Source of the DNA: Promethearchaeota archaeon
Lineage (GTDB): Archaea; Asgardarchaeota; Lokiarchaeia; Sigyniarchaeales; SOKP01
NCBI GenBank assembly: GCA_016839765.1
Contig: JAEOTP010000023.1
Coordinates: 1-10,458, forward strand
Direction: 5' to 3'
DNA length: 10,458 nucleotides
Positions 6,519-10,458 of this stretch are shown here, one piece after another. Below the pieces are notes generated by a model. The model did not search any database. It saw only the letters and a program-made list of their open reading frames with translations, and was not told where the DNA came from. The translations under genes and the position numbers were made by a program. The first letter of the stretch is position 1. Every line of letters begins with the position of its first letter.

Positions 6519-7535
6519 ATGGCTCAAATATTTTTTATTTCAAAAGAAAATGTACGCGATGCTTGGCTTTCTGCCTTAACTCAAGTCCTGTTTAATGGAG
6601 ATGATATTGAAACTGAATATGATAAGGCAGAGGATCTTCCATCAAAAGATGCAACGGTTTTGGTAGAGATTAAAGATCCAATGAAAGATCCAATTATGAG
6701 AAAAGATAAAGTAATGAAAATTAAGTCAAAATATGGAAATTCATATGAAGTTTATGGTTCTATAGCTGACACCTACTTAATCGGATCAATACAGAGTGGG
6801 TATATAGAAGAGATTTTGGAAGGGGTAAATGATCATTATATCTGGGAATCAGATGTGAGTTTTCCTTATTCTTACCATGATAGAATCTTTAATTATACTC
6901 CCTTTTCTCTTGAGGACACTATACATGTTGATTATGATTTAGATATTGTAAATAATAATTTTGTTAGAAAACACCAAAAATTAATTAAGGCAAATAAAAT
7001 TGTAAAAACACCTGATTCTAATATATGGAAACTCAAAAATCTAGTTGATTTTAAGTTAGATAAAAAGATTTCTGACCAAGTTGGAGTAGAAAAAATACCA
7101 ATAGGCGTTATAAATTTTCCACGAATCAATCAGATTGAATATATCATTCAAAAATTGAGAAAAAAGCCATATTCACGTAGAGCTCAAGCAATTACTTGGA
7201 GACCTCTTGTAGACCCTTTTCATATTGATCCTCCTTGTCTTCAGAGAATTTACATGCGAATAAAGGATGGAAAGCTTTTGATGCAAACAACTTGGAGAAG
7301 TAGAGATCTATTTAGAGCATGGGAGGCTAATGTAAATGGAATGATAAGAATTCAAAAATTTATTGCTAATGAACTTGGTGTAGAAATGGGCCATTATTTA
7401 GATTTTAGCAACTCTTTACATATCTATGGAAATACTATTTCAGAAGTTAAAGATATGCTTTACCGAATGAAAAAGAGGGGAGAAAAATTTCCTTCAGAAG
7501 TTGATGTTCTTCTTGAAAAATACTTAGATTCTTAA
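6519..7535 (+). CDS. thyA: Thymidylate synthase (archaeal-type ThyA) with long internal insertion
   Basis: YSYHDRI, NQIEYII, SRRAQAITW, PPCLQ (catalytic Cys240), WRSRD...N271 (dUMP-type Asn), SLHIY. SD-like GAGGT upstream. Confidence 0.9.
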   Translation: MAQIFFISKENVRDAWLSALTQVLFNGDDIETEYDKAEDLPSKDATVLVEIKDPMKDPIMRKDKVMKIKSKYGNSYEVYGSIADTYLIGSIQSGYIEEILEGVNDHYIWESDVSFPYSYHDRIFNYTPFSLEDTIHVDYDLDIVNNNFVRKHQKLIKANKIVKTPDSNIWKLKNLVDFKLDKKISDQVGVEKIPIGVINFPRINQIEYIIQKLRKKPYSRRAQAITWRPLVDPFHIDPPCLQRIYMRIKDGKLLMQTTWRSRDLFRAWEANVNGMIRIQKFIANELGVEMGHYLDFSNSLHIYGNTISEVKDMLYRMKKRGEKFPSEVDVLLEKYLDS

Positions 7536-8302
7536 TTATCAAAAATTTTAGGAAAAATCATTTTTGTATTAAGGAATATTTGTTCTTCCAATTGCTTATA
7601 AGCTATGTTCTTTATTTTTGCAATAGAGCTAAGCACATTTCTAATCATTGCCGGTGTTCCAGTTTTACCCCTGTATTCGACAGGCCCATCACTTTCTAAA
7701 AGCAAATGCTCTAAATCAACCATCATTACTGTTTTTTTAACGGCGGGAGAATAAGAAACGGCAGGAGTTATCGAAAAGTAATAACCCCTTTCAATTCCTA
7801 GCTTTAAAATATCTTCAGGGCCCGAATACCAATGTATATTGACATTAGGAATCTGGTATGATGGAAGTGTATCAAATACTATCTGTTCAGCACCTTTTGT
7901 ATGGATATTTACTGGTAATCTTAGATCTTGTGCTAATTTTAACATTTGTTCAAAAATTTTCTTTTGCAATGGATAAAGTTGTTTGTTTTTAATGAAATGG
8001 TGATCTAAACCAATTTCTCCAATTGCACAAATATTTTCTTTATTTGATTTAATATAATCCAGTATCAAATCTAGCTGACTTTCGATGTCTTTATTCATTC
8101 TTACCTCTTCTGGGTGTATACCAAGTGCAGGATAAATAATATCAAATCGATTTGAAATATTCATAATCCTTTCCTGGCTCAATGCACTCATCGCAACTGC
8201 TATAACTTTTTTTATCCCTGAATCTAAAGCCTCTTTGATAATATCTTCAAGTGTTAAGTAAAGATTAGCATGACAATGAACATCTATTAAAATAACAATC
8301 AC
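7532..8302 (-). CDS. tatD: TatD-family metal-dependent nuclease/hydrolase
   Basis: IDVHCH, LGIHP, AIGEIGLD, VNIH, IHWYSG, LLESDGP. Stop overlaps the thyA stop by 4 nt (TTAA 7532-7535). The true start may be 8293. Confidence 0.95.
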   Translation of the reverse strand: MIVILIDVHCHANLYLTLEDIIKEALDSGIKKVIAVAMSALSQERIMNISNRFDIIYPALGIHPEEVRMNKDIESQLDLILDYIKSNKENICAIGEIGLDHHFIKNKQLYPLQKKIFEQMLKLAQDLRLPVNIHTKGAEQIVFDTLPSYQIPNVNIHWYSGPEDILKLGIERGYYFSITPAVSYSPAVKKTVMMVDLEHLLLESDGPVEYRGKTGTPAMIRNVLSSIAKIKNIAYKQLEEQIFLNTKMIFPKIFDN

Positions 8303-8345
8303 CTATAAAAAAACAATAATTAGAAATAGTGAAATTAATTATTTC

Positions 8346-8681
8346 TCACATTCGGCTTATTTCGGCTCTTAAATCGACTATTTTTTTTACTAATTTAAAC
8401 TTTCCTCTTGGATACTCTTTAGTGTCCAAATAACGCATTAATTTTTCTAATTCCTGCATTAAATAATTCTTAATATCTTCCTTAGTTACATGTCCTAATA
8501 ATTTCGGTAAAGGTTCAAATTTTTCTTTTCGCTTTACTCTTAAGTTTGAGATAGTTTTTGCTAATTGTGCTTGAAAGCCTTTAGATTCAGAAAGATCAAT
8601 ACCATCAAGCATATCTAAAGATGTCTGTAATCCGTCAATAAATGCTTCTAAATCCCTAATCTCTATATCATCATCTGTCAT
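8346..8681 (-). CDS. Hypothetical all-alpha protein (acidic N-terminus, basic C-terminal part)
   Basis: 111-aa ORF filling the gap between tatD and the amidohydrolase, with natural composition and TATA-like ATATATATA at 8743-8735 upstream. Confidence 0.8.
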   Translation of the reverse strand: MTDDDIEIRDLEAFIDGLQTSLDMLDGIDLSESKGFQAQLAKTISNLRVKRKEKFEPLPKLLGHVTKEDIKNYLMQELEKLMRYLDTKEYPRGKFKLVKKIVDLRAEISRM

Positions 8682-8780
8682 TTATTAACAAAACACAGTG
8701 AGTTAATATCCTTATATCCTAGAAGGATTTTTACTATATATATTTCTTTATGTTTTGTTTTATTATTAGTTACGGAAAAT

Positions 8781-9533
8781 TCATATAAATTCATCAACTA
8801 GTAATTCAGCAAGTGTCGAAACAACTTTATTTCTAAGAGTCTCGTCAAAAATTCTAACTCTATCCGAAATTTCAATTTGTATTGCTTGGCTGTTTACTAT
8901 TTTACTTGCACCATAATTTTTTATTATAAAACCTCCAGTTAAAATATATTCTCTCCTTCTTTGATGTCCAGGAGCAATAGGTATATTTAATTCAATAAAT
9001 TTACTTATAATTCTTCCACGTAAATTTTTGTCCCAATACTTTTTAGGTATAGTACTCGAAAAAATGGTTTCTAAATTATTGGTGCCTAAAACTATTTCAA
9101 CATCCCGAAAACCTTGAGGCTTTTTATTTTTCTCAAATCCATGAATATCGATTAATAACGAATGATTAAAGGATTTGATATTGTATTGAATTAGTTCTTT
9201 TATCTTCTTATGATAGTATTGGTAAATACTACGTGCTAGAATAGAATTATAATCATAGGCTTTTGATTCTTTTCTATTTAAATCGATTTTACTCCTATGT
9301 ACTTTTGATATAATATATGAAGGTGTTTTATGTGATGAATAATTTGATCTAAATAATTTTTTTACTCTTTTAATTAATTCAAAAGTTAATTCAATAGTTC
9401 CTTTATCAGTTCCAAGTACACCCTCTTTCCTAGTAGGGATTTTATTATATTTTGTTGTACCACCATGAGGAACTGATATAAGAAGAGGAATAGAGCCTTT
9501 ATGGAATTTTATATACTTATTTGAAATTTTCAT
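8781..9533 (-). CDS. N-formylglutamate amidohydrolase-like (Zn-exopeptidase fold) protein
   Basis: PLLISVPHGG, TD..T, HRSKIDLNR, YH, LLIDIHG, LGT, GGFI...YG, AIQIEI. Confidence 0.85.
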   Translation of the reverse strand: MKISNKYIKFHKGSIPLLISVPHGGTTKYNKIPTRKEGVLGTDKGTIELTFELIKRVKKLFRSNYSSHKTPSYIISKVHRSKIDLNRKESKAYDYNSILARSIYQYYHKKIKELIQYNIKSFNHSLLIDIHGFEKNKKPQGFRDVEIVLGTNNLETIFSSTIPKKYWDKNLRGRIISKFIELNIPIAPGHQRRREYILTGGFIIKNYGASKIVNSQAIQIEISDRVRIFDETLRNKVVSTLAELLVDEFI

Positions 9534-9626
9534 TTTATAAAATAAATAACAAATCTGTTAAAATTAGTAGAGTAAAATAAAAAAATTAAAATTTTAGATT
9601 CAAATTTATAATAAAAAAAATTAATA

Positions 9627-10076
9627 TTAAGTTATTGTATAAATCCGAAGTATAATAAAAACAACTAACCATATAGCAAATCCAATTATACCGAAAATAT
9701 AGTAAGCCCAGATGTTTTTCTCTTTTACAAATATTATATAACAAAATAACCAAGATCCAAGACCCCCTAAAGCACCCACTAAAATATCTGTGGTGATATT
9801 TTGCCAACTGTCAGCTCTACCTTCAAATTTCCAACCAATTTCAATAAACAATGTGTTTTCAAATACCTCCCAAATAATTATAATAATCATAGTGCATATG
9901 AAAACAAATAGGAGAGAGAAAATAGGCGTATGTCCTTTGTTCTTTGGGACTGTATAAAAAAGGGAAAAGAAGAGAAACACACCAATACCAAAACATATGT
10001 GCCCTATCGAATAAAAGTCAAACCAAGCAAGACCAACTTGACTTGGATCAGATGCGAAAAGGTCTACAAACAACAT
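9627..10076 (-). CDS. DUF2585-like small membrane protein (about 4 TM)
   Basis: D.YS..H, WE..EN and DS..N...D motifs within or next to TM helices. SD-like AGGT upstream. Confidence 0.7.
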   Translation of the reverse strand: MLFVDLFASDPSQVGLAWFDFYSIGHICFGIGVFLFFSLFYTVPKNKGHTPIFSLLFVFICTMIIIIIWEVFENTLFIEIGWKFEGRADSWQNITTDILVGALGGLGSWLFCYIIFVKEKNIWAYYIFGIIGFAIWLVVFIILRIYTIT

Positions 10077-10177
10077 TTTTACCTGCTAATAGAATTTTTA
10101 AATTATAATTTTATTTTAAAATTCATTTTAAAAATATAATACTGTTTAATGAATTTAATTTTAAGTCGTGTTACTAT

Positions 10178-10458
10178 TTGCAAAGGAGAATTGCATTTGT
10201 TGTATTTTATCAGAAACAAAATATATATAGCTTTAATGCTTTAATCGGAGCAATTGAAACTGAAGAATCATTAAATGATATTAAGATTCATTTTGTTAGG
10301 GGATACGATAATCTAATAGATGAATTAAATAATATTATAAACAGTAATGAAAGAGTAATAGTCGGAATTTCTTTTTTTACCACTCAATTATGGGAAATAA
10401 AAGATTTAATTAAAAATTTAAGAAGAATATACTCAAAAAAAGTATTTCTTATAGCTGG
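10178..10458 (+). CDS. B12-binding domain/radical SAM protein (TIGR04013-like), N-terminal part, truncated by the window edge
   Basis: Not in the ORF track. TTG start, then (M)QRRIAFVVFYQKQNIYSFNALIGAIETEE...VIVGISFFTTQLWE...VFLIAG. The N.YSFNAL.GA.E, SF.T and IAG(G) motifs match the cobalamin-binding-like N-terminal domain. The radical SAM motif itself is outside the window. Confidence 0.75.
   Translation, partial: MQRRIAFVVFYQKQNIYSFNALIGAIETEESLNDIKIHFVRGYDNLIDELNNIINSNERVIVGISFFTTQLWEIKDLIKNLRRIYSKKVFLIA

Noticed and set aside
6932-7129. 65-aa minus-strand ORF coinciding with the ThyA insertion, considered as an inserted element or intein
   Set aside because: No terminal repeats or intein C/S...HN termini, and composition typical of an antisense shadow.
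9586-9807. 73-aa minus-strand ORF
   Set aside because: Alternative frame overlapping the motif-bearing 149-aa gene.
9930-10139. 69-aa plus-strand ORF
   Set aside because: Antisense to the 149-aa gene and running into AT-rich promoter DNA.
1-10458. CRISPR arrays, tRNA/rRNA genes, transposases, integrases, defence operons
   Set aside because: No spaced repeats, GC-rich structured RNA blocks or recombinase motifs seen. TatD and ThyA look like housekeeping types without partner defence genes.

Overview
Very AT-rich, gene-dense archaeal chromosomal window. The gene families, TATA-like promoters and mix of leaderless and Shine-Dalgarno starts suggest an Asgard/Lokiarchaeia-like genome (inference). 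Left to right: a partial coiled-coil hypothetical (-), a RimK/MptN-like ATP-grasp ligase (+), a small membrane protein (-), a DUF1028 Ntn-hydrolase with a PG_binding_2-like tail (+), an unlisted 50-56 aa ORF (+), a Maf nucleotide pyrophosphatase (-), two tandem CTP-dependent polyprenol/dolichol/DAG-kinase-like membrane proteins (+), a MoaD/SAMP-type ubiquitin-like protein (-), an archaeal-type thymidylate synthase with a large insertion (+), then on the minus strand TatD, a helical hypothetical, an N-formylglutamate amidohydrolase-like protein and a DUF2585-like membrane protein, and finally the N-terminus of a B12-binding/radical SAM protein (+). I saw no RNA genes, CRISPR arrays or mobile elements. 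The most interesting leads are the paralogous lipid-kinase pair, the Maf with non-canonical specificity residues, the ThyA insertion, a probable ATT start for tatD, the unlisted small ORF with a palindromic upstream site, and a possible gene remnant upstream of the Ubl. Gene orientations are mixed, so a single multi-gene system is not demonstrable from this window alone.
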